Origin: Octopus bimaculoides
Lineage: Eukaryota
Reading direction: 5' to 3'
NCBI RefSeq assembly: GCF_001194135.2
Contig: NC_068996.1
Span: forward strand, 30,051,298 to 30,086,180
Length of the DNA stretch: 34,883 nucleotides
The position numbers and the translations under genes were made by a program. The notes beneath the pieces are model-generated. The model saw only the letters and a list, made by a program, of their open reading frames with translations. It had not been told where the DNA came from and searched no databases. Each line of letters opens with the position of its first letter. Within the stretch, counting starts at the first letter, position 1. Below, piece after piece: positions 1 through 10,160 of the stretch.

Positions 1-297
1 AACCCAAACTGCATTTCATCTAAATTGATTTGCTCCCTAATTAGTTGGGCTATGACCCTCTCCGTAACTTTCATAACCTGATCTAACAGCTTGATGCCTC
101 TGTAATTATTAGTATCTAAAGCGTCACCTTTACCTTTGTAGCAGTTTACTATGGTGCTGCTACACCAGTCATTGGGTATGACTCCTTCGTGTATCACCTG
201 GTTCGTAATACGGGTGACTAGGCTGTAGCCAACACTGCCAGATATTTTGAGCATCTCTGCAGAGATTCCTGATGGGCCGGGGGCTTTCCCTGTCATT
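1..297 (-). mobile_element. RTE-clade non-LTR retrotransposon, reverse transcriptase fragment
   Basis: Manual minus-strand translation gives TGKAPGPSGISAEMLKISG...IPNDWCSSTIVNCYKGKGDALDTNNYRGIKLLDQVMKVTERVI...LDEMQFGF, the N-terminal RT motifs of RTE LINEs. Homologous to 26870-27367 and 31730-32420. Confidence 0.93.
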
Positions 298-810
298 GAT
301 GAGAATGAGAATCCAGTCTTACAGTGTTAGGCTGAGGGGAACTGGATCAACATGGTCAGTGCATGCATTGAAAGAAGAGGAAAGTCATCTTTCAGTTTCA
401 CCCAAAATGTCAGAAGCTCTTGTTCAGAAAAATCGACTTTCTACTGAGTGTAATCACAAATCTGAAGAAATTCCACCTTTGCAGCAACATCAGTATCACT
501 GATAGCACTGTCCTTCACTCAAAAGTGTCTGCAGATCCACACATTAGTACAGTGGTCATCCAATCCCAGGAGGTAACTTTCAACGGTATCATTGCCAGAA
601 GATGAGTTGAGATCTCTTCATGAAAACTGCATTCAGCTTCTGGCATAGAATCCAGGATAGTTGTCATCTGAGGAAAGAATGCTATATTGCTGTCCTGAAT
701 TCCTTACTGGTAAAGTTGAATCTTATACTTGAATGCTGCAATGCAATACCTCAAATACATGAAATAAATTACTTTGTTCCAAACCCTCCATGTTCCTTCA
801 AGAAGCCCCA
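298..810 (-). mobile_element. hAT (Charlie/Buster-like) transposase C-terminal dimerization-domain relic
   Basis: Minus frame reads VESYLLG..NVWICRHF*V...KVEFLQI..KVDFSEQELLTFWVKLKDDFPLLSMHALTMLIQFPSA*HCKTGFS, matching the hAT pattern WIRNPF...FW...EYP.L...A...LLPF.STYLCE.GFS. Contains in-frame stops. Confidence 0.72.
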
Positions 811-845
811 ATCATGATCCCTTGATTGAGAACCGTTGAACTAGA

Positions 846-1915
846 TTATGGCTGAAAGATAACAGTTTCCTCATAGTAGCCTCCCTCGGTTTCTACCATG
901 GCCTCAAGATATCTCCAGAATCTGGTACATGGATTCCCCACTGTACATGGGAAGATCTTGAAATGCCTCCTTGATCTTGACCACCAGTTTGGCCTTGGTG
1001 TTGCAGGTACAGTGGTTGGTGTTTTTCTCAACTATGTCCCACTCATAGTAATCCACAGGACTACAATTGGGGGAAACAGGAGGCCAGAAATTGGGGCTGG
1101 TGAAGTTGTAGAAATTTTCCAACAACTACTTCTCACTCTTTCCAGAGGTTGGGAAAGGAGCTGAATCCTTTGTCATACATATGGCTTTCAGCAGTAGCCT
1201 TCTTCAGCGAGGGTTTGACAATAGTTTCCAGCAGCTTCACATAGCTATCTGAATTGAACCTAAAGCCCCGTTCAAAGATGTGATGTTGCATGATGTTATC
1301 ATCATTAGAAACATACCCAAAGACCATCACAGTTTATGGGAACTTGGTTTTCATGATATATGGGAAGAGCTTTTTTGACTTCATGATATGGTTCTCCTTG
1401 GCCTTGACTGTCAGAATTTGTCCCTTGTGCCTATTGTGCAAGTGATAGCAAAGGTCCTCATTCAGAGCCTACTTCATGGTGACAACTTCAACACCTATCT
1501 CTTTTGTCAATGCTTGAATTCACTTGCTCAGATCTTCCATTACCTTATTCTGGGGTTGTTAGATGAATTCCAGCATGTGGGTGCAGTAGAATGCCTGCTG
1601 TGTCCCTTTCTGCTGGCCATGGATTCATAAGTCTCCATTGCAGCTATCTATGTCATATATTAAAGCCTCTATAGTGTTCACAGAACATTGAACAGTAGTC
1701 ATGATGTCAGCATTTTGATATGTGATGCAAATCATCATGATATAGGCAACTCTTTTCCAATGTTCAGATGGTTTCCAGTCCTCCATGCCTACTAAGTTTT
1801 TCTCAATTATCACTTTATTCTTTATATTCTCCAATGTGTTCACTGTTCACCAATACATCAAGCCATTCTTCAAAAACAGAAGCATAAAAAATTGTGAGAT
1901 TTAGCCCAAACACTT
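846..1915 (-). mobile_element. Tc1/mariner superfamily, maT (DD37D-type) transposon relic with nearly full-length broken transposase
   Basis: ORF pieces 1625-1843 (EHWKRVAYIMM..NADIMTTVQCS), 1133-1330 (MVFGYVSNDD.IMQHHIFERG.RFNSDSY.KLLETIVKP), 904-1125 (FWPPVSPNCSPVDYYEW) and 846-1031 (LEAMVETEGGYYE). Probable terminus near 1900-1915. Confidence 0.85.
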
Positions 1916-1923
1916 TATATAAG

Positions 1924-1942
1924 TGAGTGTGTGTGTGTGTGT
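1924..1942. repeat. (TG)n microsatellite
   Basis: Direct reading of the sequence. Confidence 0.85.
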
Positions 1943-2185
1943 ATTAGCTGAAGTGTACAGTATTATATATCCATCATGGCCAATATTACCAATTGGCTTT
2001 GTGCTAGAGATACAATGGAGTGTTAGCTAACAATCTGATTATAAAACCCTATGCACATCAAAGGTATCCAATATGGAATGAAATATGGTGACTGCTCTCT
2101 ATTGCTGGAGGTGAATGGACACATCTGGTTTGCGATTGCTATGAAAAGATGAAACAAAATGAGTAAGGGATTAAGTTAAGAGTTA

Positions 2186-2810
2186 ATATATGTATATATA
2201 TCTATGTGTGTGTTTTTGTGTCTTTATTGTCCTCCATCACTGCTTGACAACCAGTGTTGGTATGTTTGCATCCCTGTAACTAAATGGTTTGAGAAAAGAG
2301 ACCGATAAAATAAGAACCAGGTTTAAAAATAATGTAGGTGCAGTTACCTCCCTTGACAGTGGGTTTAAACAAGCTTGCACTAGATGGCGCTTGAGCGGTG
2401 AAATTCTAACATGAGGCCTTGCAACTTCTTTTGGTATCTAGTTGGTGGAGAGCAAGGACATGGTCTAGTTGGCTCTCTTATGACACGCAGCAACCAGAAG
2501 AAGATGATGGCCTTCACACATCAAACTCTTTCCATTATCATTCAACTTATATATATGTGTGAGGCTGACATTAAAGATATTTAAGGTTACAGACTTATTC
2601 TATGTATTTCCTTGTACCATGTTTATCAAATCAAATGATATTACAGCCTTCTGAAGGAGTCACCTTCAGATGGCTCCATGATCCTGATACAAACTTGAAC
2701 TAAAATAAATACTGAGATTGATTCATTCAATTCAGAAATTTAATTTCTGAAGACAGTGCCCCAGCATGACTGCAGTCAAATGACTGAAACAAGTAAAAGA
2801 TAAAACAAAT
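2186..2810 (+). mobile_element. 5'-truncated SINE, interrupted by an approximately 370-bp insert (2333-2701)
   Basis: 2200-2332 and 2709-2810 match the body and tail of the full SINE at 33214-33611 (gcttgacaacc..., ccccagcatgactgcagtcaaatgactgaaacaagtaaaaga). AAAATAA is duplicated at 2326-2332 and 2702-2708. Confidence 0.8.
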
Positions 2811-2814
2811 ACTT

Positions 2815-2895
2815 ATATAATAATTATATATATTTACACACACATACATATACACACCACACATATAGATAAATAGGTTGATAGATAGACGAATG
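2815..2895. repeat. Compound (TA)n/(CA)n/(TAGA)n low-complexity tract
   Basis: Direct reading of the sequence. Confidence 0.7.
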
Positions 2896-4810
2896 GATAT
2901 GTACACACTGATACTTGTATGGGTATATATGGAAATTAGTTAGCTGAGCAAATGCATGCTTATACAGAAAAGTACATATATAGCTACGTTTTAACAAATT
3001 TCTGTAAGACAATGTTCTTAGAAAATACTTGTACATATTTTTATATTTTTATCATTATTTGTATTAAGTTAGAAAGAAAGTCCTGTTGCATTTTTGGCAT
3101 GATCATTTTGAGGGTATTTTCAACACTTATGGTAAAATAAGCATTAATTTTTACATTCTAATGCTTTTTCTTTCTTTGTAGACTACTTTATACTATAGTG
3201 GTTAAATTCATATTGATTTTTACCCTTTTAAATTTTAAATTTTGAAGAATCCCTTCAAAAATGGCTGTGGCAAGAAATATTCATACTATCTTTGACAAAG
3301 AAATTTTAACTATTTGGATATACCAGTTATGGTTTGGCCAGTTTTACTAAGGCAAAATTTCCTTGCAGATTTCCCTTTATTTGGACAACCAAATTTTGTT
3401 AATATTAAGCTTCTGAAAACTGTAGCTGAGGAGTATCCAAAGCAAAACTACATGAGAATTAGCAAAATTGTTCAATTCAAGTCACACTTCAGTCATAAAG
3501 CATCCTTGTAAACTAGAAAAGCATCTAAATTTGACTGCTTTTTGTCTTTATCAAAGAGTTACCCTCCACTCACCATTGAAGGGTAGACATACAACTGATT
3601 CTGGTAAGAATCATTACAATGAAAAGTGGGTTCTCCTCTCAGCAATGAAAATGACAATGGTTAGCACCCAATGGAAAGGGAGAATCCATACCTATATCAA
3701 GATTACTCCTGAAAAGAGTTATGCTCTATATTTGGTGAGATATGGAGAGTGTTGTTTATCATGAAGTGTTAAACTAAAATGAGACAATTAAAGCTGAAAA
3801 GTATAGTTGTCAGTTGGAAGTATTGCACAAAACTTTGCAGTAAAAGTGTCCATCATTGGTCAGTCATAAAGGGGTTGTCGGCGTCGTGCAATGCAAGGTG
3901 ACAAGAATGGCTCTTTAGTACATCACACGGTCGATACAATAAATATTCAATTGAATAGTACAAATGAGTGCCAGAGAGAAAATGGAGACACAACTGCATA
4001 GAATGATTAAGAGAAGATTTATTGATGTAATAACATGTGTGTCTGTGTGTGCATCATGAATACAGAATATTAGACAGGCTGTTGTGAGAAGAAAGTTTAT
4101 GTGTGTATGTGTGTATAAGCATAGATGTGTGTGCATATTGTGTACGTTTAAGGATGTTGATAAGTAGTCAGTGAAAGAGTCTATAAAGAGAAGTGAGAAG
4201 AATGTTCATGGACACAAGTAAGATAAATAATACCAGTTCATAGTCATTAGTACACAGTAGTTGAAATACTGTATCAAGAAGTTGCGGCCATGATGCTGAG
4301 CTGGTTACAGGTACATGTTGTACGTGAAGTCGTGGCTGTGATGCTGCTGCCTGGGTTACTTGGTTCGGGAGTTCTTGCAGGTTGTATATTCACTGTTGAT
4401 CCATGGTGAAGTAATTCATGAACAGTGAATGATGTTAAGAAGATGATGGTGGCAATGAAGATGGAGGTTGCCATAATGATGTTTGATGAAGTTGGTAAGT
4501 CTCAATGTGGTTGCTGTAGTGTTGTCACTGGAACTGGCTGTGTCTACGTGGTCAGTGGCTTGACCTTAAAAGGTCAGGAACCAAAGACATGTATTTCTGG
4601 AAAAAGCTGGGTTTTTATAGAAATTAGTAAGCTTGAAATAGGGTTTGAAAAAGGTTGTTCATGTTATGCTATTTCTGACTGACTATCTGCACTCAGTTGG
4701 CACAACAGAGTAGGAGACAAATTGCATCAATACCAACCAATTAGAATAGTGGACACAACGGGATACAAACAGTAGCTGAATTCCTGTGGGTCTCTGCTAC
4801 ATTTGAATGC

Positions 4811-4834
4811 ATATATATATATATATATATATAT
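4811..4834. repeat. (TA)n microsatellite
   Basis: Direct reading of the sequence. Confidence 0.9.
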
Positions 4835-6018
4835 AGAGTCTATGCTACAGAGTGTTACTCTTACATGATAATGCAAGGTTATATATTGCCCAAGTCATTC
4901 AGGAAAAGACTACGGCACTAAATATGAAAGTTTTGCCTCTGCAACATTATTTAAAGGGAAAACAGTATATTAGTTGTGAAGAGGTTAAAAATGATATTGA
5001 GTGTCTTAGCTTCAAAACTTGAAGAATTTTATGCCTGAAAGATCAACAATTTGCCAAATACATGAGATTATGTTATCAATAATGAGGGGAAAATATTACC
5101 TTGATTAAATATATTACTTAAGATGAAAGAAATATTTCTTTCCTAACTTGAAATGTGACAGGTCTTTCTTTTCAACCTAATACTACAGAGATACATAGAC
5201 AAAATTTTAAAATATACACTTCAGTTCATGGTAAATTTGGGTAATGTTTGACAATTAAAGATATATTTAGAAAGATACTATTAGAGTGTTATTTATGCAA
5301 TTTTATAAGAAAAATTGCCTAGTGAATTAGGTGTACAGATGCTTCATAATTATTTTCTTGAATCGTAGTCTTATAACATTTAAAAGTCCTTGAACCTTAC
5401 AGTTAAAATTAATCAACATTTTGTTTGTTCTTATTTAATAAACTTTCAACAGCTAGCAATATTCAATAGTCTTGTCACGAATTTGCTTGGTTGTTTGCAT
5501 AGCAGAGAGAGGAAGATATATTTCATTGGCTGCATGAATAATAACTGAAGTAAACTTGTGAACATTTATCTGAATATTTATTGCCAGACAAAGATATTTG
5601 ATGTTGGTTGTTTACATTGAACAGTATAAATAATTGCCTACTGGGAGAGACAAACTACTCTGAAATTATAGAAAGTTGTCTGTGTCAGTCCAAAAATATA
5701 CAAAGTTAACTGTGCAAATCTCCATGATTACAGAGGTCTGTTGGCCATCTGTTCTCTAAGCTACATACCAAATGACTTTTATAGGGGATCAGAAGCTAAA
5801 TTCTTGAACTTTCAAACATGCATTGAATACAGAATAAATGCTGAAATAATGTCTATATAACAATGATGAGTTTGTAAGGTATGCTAAGTTCTGCAGTTCT
5901 TTTTCTTGATTTTGGAACTGTAAAATAGAAAATTTTTTTTTTTTTTGTGTTAAAAAAGATGTATCCACTTTCATTTACATTGAGTGTGAGGTGCAATGTT
6001 GTTGGAGAATGATTTATG

Positions 6019-6155
6019 CAGAGGTGGGCACCATTAATTGAAAAGCTGACTTCATTAATCATTTATCCATTAACCAAAAAGTTAACTTTGTTAATCGTTA
6101 ATTCTTTGAAAATGTAATGGAAGTTAACGTTAATCCGTTAATGTTAACTTTTTAT
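6019..6155 (+). mobile_element. End of a putative non-autonomous DNA transposon with CAGAGGTGGGCA terminus and clustered GTTAAC/GTTAAT subterminal motifs
   Basis: CAG...-type terminus followed by repeated ttaat/gttaac motifs. The opposite TIR is not visible. Confidence 0.5.
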
Positions 6156-6170
6156 TGGGAAAAGGCATAT

Positions 6171-6760
6171 TACAGTTTAATATCCCACCGACTTTGTTGC
6201 CTCATAACTTCCAGAAAAATGGACACATTTTAACGAAGCTTTCACCAAATAATCGCTTATATCCTGTAGATTAAGTGTGTGTGTAAAGATTTGATGGAAA
6301 AAATTTTCTGAGTAGTTAGGGAGAAGAGTTTCGAAAAATTCACAGGACCCAACATTTTCCCCATCATAACATTCTGGAAAATAGGTATTTTTTAATGAAA
6401 TTTTATACAAATACCCTTCAAACGGTGTAGATTACGATTACAAAGAAATTTGTTGGCAAAATTTTTGGAAGGAGTGGCAGTTCTGGAGACCAGAGTTTTG
6501 AATCAGACAGCCCACATAAGTTGGAATTTCTCTGTTTTGATGGGAACTTTTTCCAATGTTTTTCTCCAAAGTCTTCAGAATGATGGGAGGAATCTTTTCA
6601 CGAAAAAAAAAAGAAAAAAATTTTGAAAATTTATTGTTTTTCACCCCCACCACCCTGTCCTCACCCAGTCTGACATGATTTTGACACTTTTCAAAATGAG
6701 GTACATTAATTTGAATCAATTAAAATACAGGTATAATCGGTACAAGATTTTATTCTTTTG
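6171..6760 (+). mobile_element. MITE-like non-autonomous DNA element starting TACAG
   Basis: tacag..cccaccgac..cataacttccagaaaaatgg..ttttaacgaa is homologous to the reverse complement of 34400-34663. The cataac..gaaaat..tttttaatgaaatttt module is repeated internally. Right boundary uncertain. Confidence 0.6.
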
Positions 6761-7055
6761 GTAAATAATACCTTGGTGTGGAATAATTTTTTCCACAGTT
6801 TTTTCAGATGCATTCAATGTATCTGACTTCCAAACCAGTGGCAAGCCACTTTTTCTCTGGAAAAGAAAGGTGGGTGGCATGGTGGGGAGAGTGTTTTATT
6901 TCACAGGTCTTTTTTTCTTTTTCAGATTATTTGTGCTTGCTTTCAACAAATGTGACATCGAAATCACATGTAAACGGCTCCTTTTTCCAGAAAAAGAAAG
7001 ATTTGGCTGCTATTTCTAGCAGCCTTTCTACCATGTAACTGCTATTTGCATTCAC

Positions 7056-7698
7056 NNNNNNNNNNNNNNNNNNNNNNNNNNNNNNNNNNNNNNNNNNNNN
7101 NNNNNNNNNNNNNNNNNNNNNNNNNNNNNNNNNNNNNNNNNNNNNNNNNNNNNNNNNNNNNNNNNNNNNNNNNNNNNNNNNNNNNNNNNNNNNNNNNNNN
7201 NNNNNNNNNNNNNNNNNNNNNNNNNNNNNNNNNNNNNNNNNNNNNNNNNNNNNNNNNNNNNNNNNNNNNNNNNNNNNNNNNNNNNNNNNNNNNNNNNNNN
7301 NNNNNNNNNNNNNNNNNNNNNNNNNNNNNNNNNNNNNNNNNNNNNNNNNNNNNNNNNNNNNNNNNNNNNNNNNNNNNNNNNNNNNNNNNNNNNNNNNNNN
7401 NNNNNNNNNNNNNNNNNNNNNNNNNNNNNNNNNNNNNNNNNNNNNNNNNNNNNNNNNNNNNNNNNNNNNNNNNNNNNNNNNNNNNNNNNNNNNNNNNNNN
7501 NNNNNNNNNNNNNNNNNNNNNNNNNNNNNNNNNNNNNNNNNNNNNNNNNNNNNNNNNNNNNNNNNNNNNNNNNNNNNNNNNNNNNNNNNNNNNNNNNNNN
7601 NNNNNNNNNNNNNNNNNNNNNNNNNNNNNNNNNNNNNNNNNNNNNNNNNNNNNNNNNNNNNNNNNNNNNNNNNNNNNNNNNNNNNNNNNNNNNNNNNN
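7056..7698. other. Assembly gap (N run)
   Basis: Run of N. Confidence 1.
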
Positions 7699-8029
7699 AA
7701 GCAGGGCCAAATGAGGTCCTACAAGTTATTTATAATAATAAGTGGTATTATATTGGAGTTGAAAGAATGACACGTACAAGATTAAATATGTCTTGCAAAC
7801 AACTCGCACATGCAAGTGCTATCAGTCGAGAACTCCACATACCGGAAGCCAGCAAGTGTATGGGGTCATCAGGAGAGAATGCGCGCTGTTTCGGGGCCTA
7901 CCTCTCGACGGCATCAATGCGCACCAGCCCCCCTCACTGATATGAGGCCCCGCTTGCTAGATCAACTGGTTATTAAAAACAAAGCTCAATATTTCTCTAG
8001 CCATTGCTCATCGTCTCTTTTTAACCAAA

Positions 8030-8335
8030 TAGAAACTTTTAAATGGAAAAGAGAATGAGTTGAAGAAGTTTAGGGTATGGTTGGTGTCTTTAATGAGTTA
8101 GGGTAATGCAGTGATGAGTGATGATAATAGTTTGTCAAGATAAGATGAAAAAATTTCATGGGACAGTTACTAACTGAGACAATAGGGTAGCCAGGATTGT
8201 CTGGTTTGTGAATTTTGAGAATGAAGTGGATATTAGAGATTTAGGATGTGGTTACAAATAGGTTAGTGGCAGTGAGTGGAAGTGAGCTGAAGGCGATAAG
8301 TTAATGAACAGTGGTGTACTCTTGTTTCTGATGTA
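8030..8335 (-). mobile_element. Penelope-like element (PLE) reverse transcriptase relic, downstream part
   Basis: Minus translation LHQKQ...LPLTATNLFVTTS*ISNIHFILKIHKPDNPGYPIVSVSNCP...IKDTNHTLNFFNSFSFP matches the PLE RT pattern LPKIHKP..PGRPIVS..SCPT...YIKDT. Confidence 0.88.
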
Positions 8336-8994
8336 GTGAACAGTTACAGAATACCTTAGCTAAGATTCAAAATAAATCCACATTTTGCCACATTGTCAAA
8401 TTCTTGGCCTATTGTCTTTACTAGTGGCATTGAGAGATTAATAAGAAAAAAACTGACCTCTCAAACATTTTTGAGGCATTCGCAGGTCAAAACTGATATA
8501 GTGAAGAATCCTATTGTTATTGGTTGACCTAATTAATTTTGAAGATTATAAATACACAAGCAAATATCATTCAACCTCTTTTGATCATTTGGCATTTGGC
8601 TGAGGAATAAGCATTCTCTTTCTTTTTGTGGCTGACCCATCTCCAGTTAAAGAGCATGGTAACCTTCCTCACTTCAGGTATGTCCTATTACGAGTGTAAG
8701 AACACAACTGTTACACTATTTATTTGCAAAAATTCCTTTTATTGTCTTTCTCCCTAGTAGTCACAGAGATGAAACTAACTGTCATACAGAATGGAGCATT
8801 ACAAACAAATTGTGTACACAGAAGCAACTTGACAAAGTTGTATATATTGTATCTTACATATTGTAACAACTTGCATTATAATTATCTCCAATATAGTAAC
8901 AACAAAATAATTGCAAATATTTTTCTTCAATCATTTCTGATATGCATTATCACATTAAATTTTGTCTGCATAACTGGAAATTTCAATGTCACAC

Positions 8995-10150
8995 TAGTCA
9001 TGGCTGGTAAGATCATTTGGTATCTTCATGTAAGATTGAGGGTTGTTAAATTGGTGGAATTCGTCTTCTCTGTTCCAGTCAGATCATCAAACTACATTAG
9101 TGTCTCCTTTGTTGGCTGGTTTGATAACAATGTCCCACTGTTTACAAAGCTTCTTGTGTGTGTCTAGTTCCAATGTGAGAACGTTCAATCTCCTTAGTCT
9201 TTTTCTTGAAAATAAAGATGCTTAAACTGAAACAGCATTTATTGACAAATAAATCCACAGAAAGATGTAGGCCTAAGCTTGGTGTCCAGTTGGGAAATGC
9301 ATTTTTTATGTTTCGTGAAGTCATCCTCAATTGGGGCATCTGGACTTCTGTTGTGGAAGATGTACTTGGGTTAGCTCCAATATCAGTGCATGCATTGAAT
9401 TTACTGGGTTTGTTTTGGAGGAGAATAAAATTTAGGCCCCTGTTAAGCAGAGCTTGTTCAGCATGTGTGAGAAGTAGATCTCTGGAGATGGTGTAAACAT
9501 GGATGTTGTGAATAATGTGAGAGAAGTGGGATACTGGCAGATATGTAAGCAAATTTTACGATCATTTGTGAAACTAAAAAGTCATAAAATTGGCTGTTGA
9601 GGTGCCATGTCTAAAAATATATATTTACTGAAGTTGAATGAAAGAGCAAAAGACAGAAAGAAGAGAATGTTAGTGGGTGAGCTGCTGTGTTAGATGGTCG
9701 TGCTTGACACAAGAAATAGATCGTAGTTCGCATAAGTTGTTTTGAAGAAGAAAAGAGAATGTTAAGAATACTGTGACGATAATCTGTTGAGTGATTTGGC
9801 CTGATGGATGGATGAAAATTCAGTTTGAAGCTGCACGGAATGATATTGAAGCAAAGACAGCATCCAAAATAATTCAAAAGGCTGCTAAAATGTGGTTTTA
9901 AAAAATTTGAATATCACAAAGCATTATGGCAACAGTCAGGAGAAATGGTAAAAGATAGAAGATATCTCTTCATTGAGATATTTGAAGTTAAGCATAATAA
10001 AAAAGATGGTTCTCTTAGTTATAAGAAAAAGCAAAACAAAAACTGGCTGCAAAAGAGAAGGAACCACATGAACTTCATACATGAACAAGAAGTGGTAGGA
10101 TGAACAGTGTAAGAAGAAGAAAAGAGTAGTAGAATGAGGTGAAGCAGGTA
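8995..10150 (-). mobile_element. Penelope-like element, N-terminal ORF relic and 5' region
   Basis: Minus translation CLCFNIIPCSFKL.F, AEQALLNRGLNF, WTPSLG..LSVDLF, DIVIKPANKGDTNVV (canonical IVIKPADKGGAVVV), QFNNPQSYMKIPNDLT. Collinear with 8030-8335. Confidence 0.85.
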
Positions 10151-10160
10151 CTCCCAACTT

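Noticed and set aside
3640-3720. WKGR string resembling the piggyBac motif (W/F)(K/R)GR
   Set aside because: The surrounding D-E/SM and YIP.K..KYG residues are absent, so the match is too short.
4274-4474. 66-aa minus ORF with a signal-peptide-like start (MATSIFIATIIFLTSF...), and the plus donor G|GTAAGT at 4495
   Set aside because: The region is a degenerate (GAT/CAT)-rich low-complexity tract that yields such peptides by composition. No supporting acceptor, promoter or polyA context.
7042-7714. 222-aa ORFs on both strands (also those at 21066-21537 and 27245-27739)
   Set aside because: Artefacts of translating N runs in assembly gaps.
7880-7950. CGGGGC/GCCCCG pair resembling RNase MRP/P conserved regions CR-I and CR-V
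   Set aside because: Order is wrong on both strands and the spacing (about 45 nt) is far too short.
8336-8996. Insert as a spliceosomal intron of the Penelope element
   Set aside because: The available GT/AG pairs create a stop and remove the conserved HQ residues.
8724-9496. 147-aa and 96-aa plus-strand ORFs
   Set aside because: Largely antisense to the Penelope-like coding relic, with no recognisable motif.
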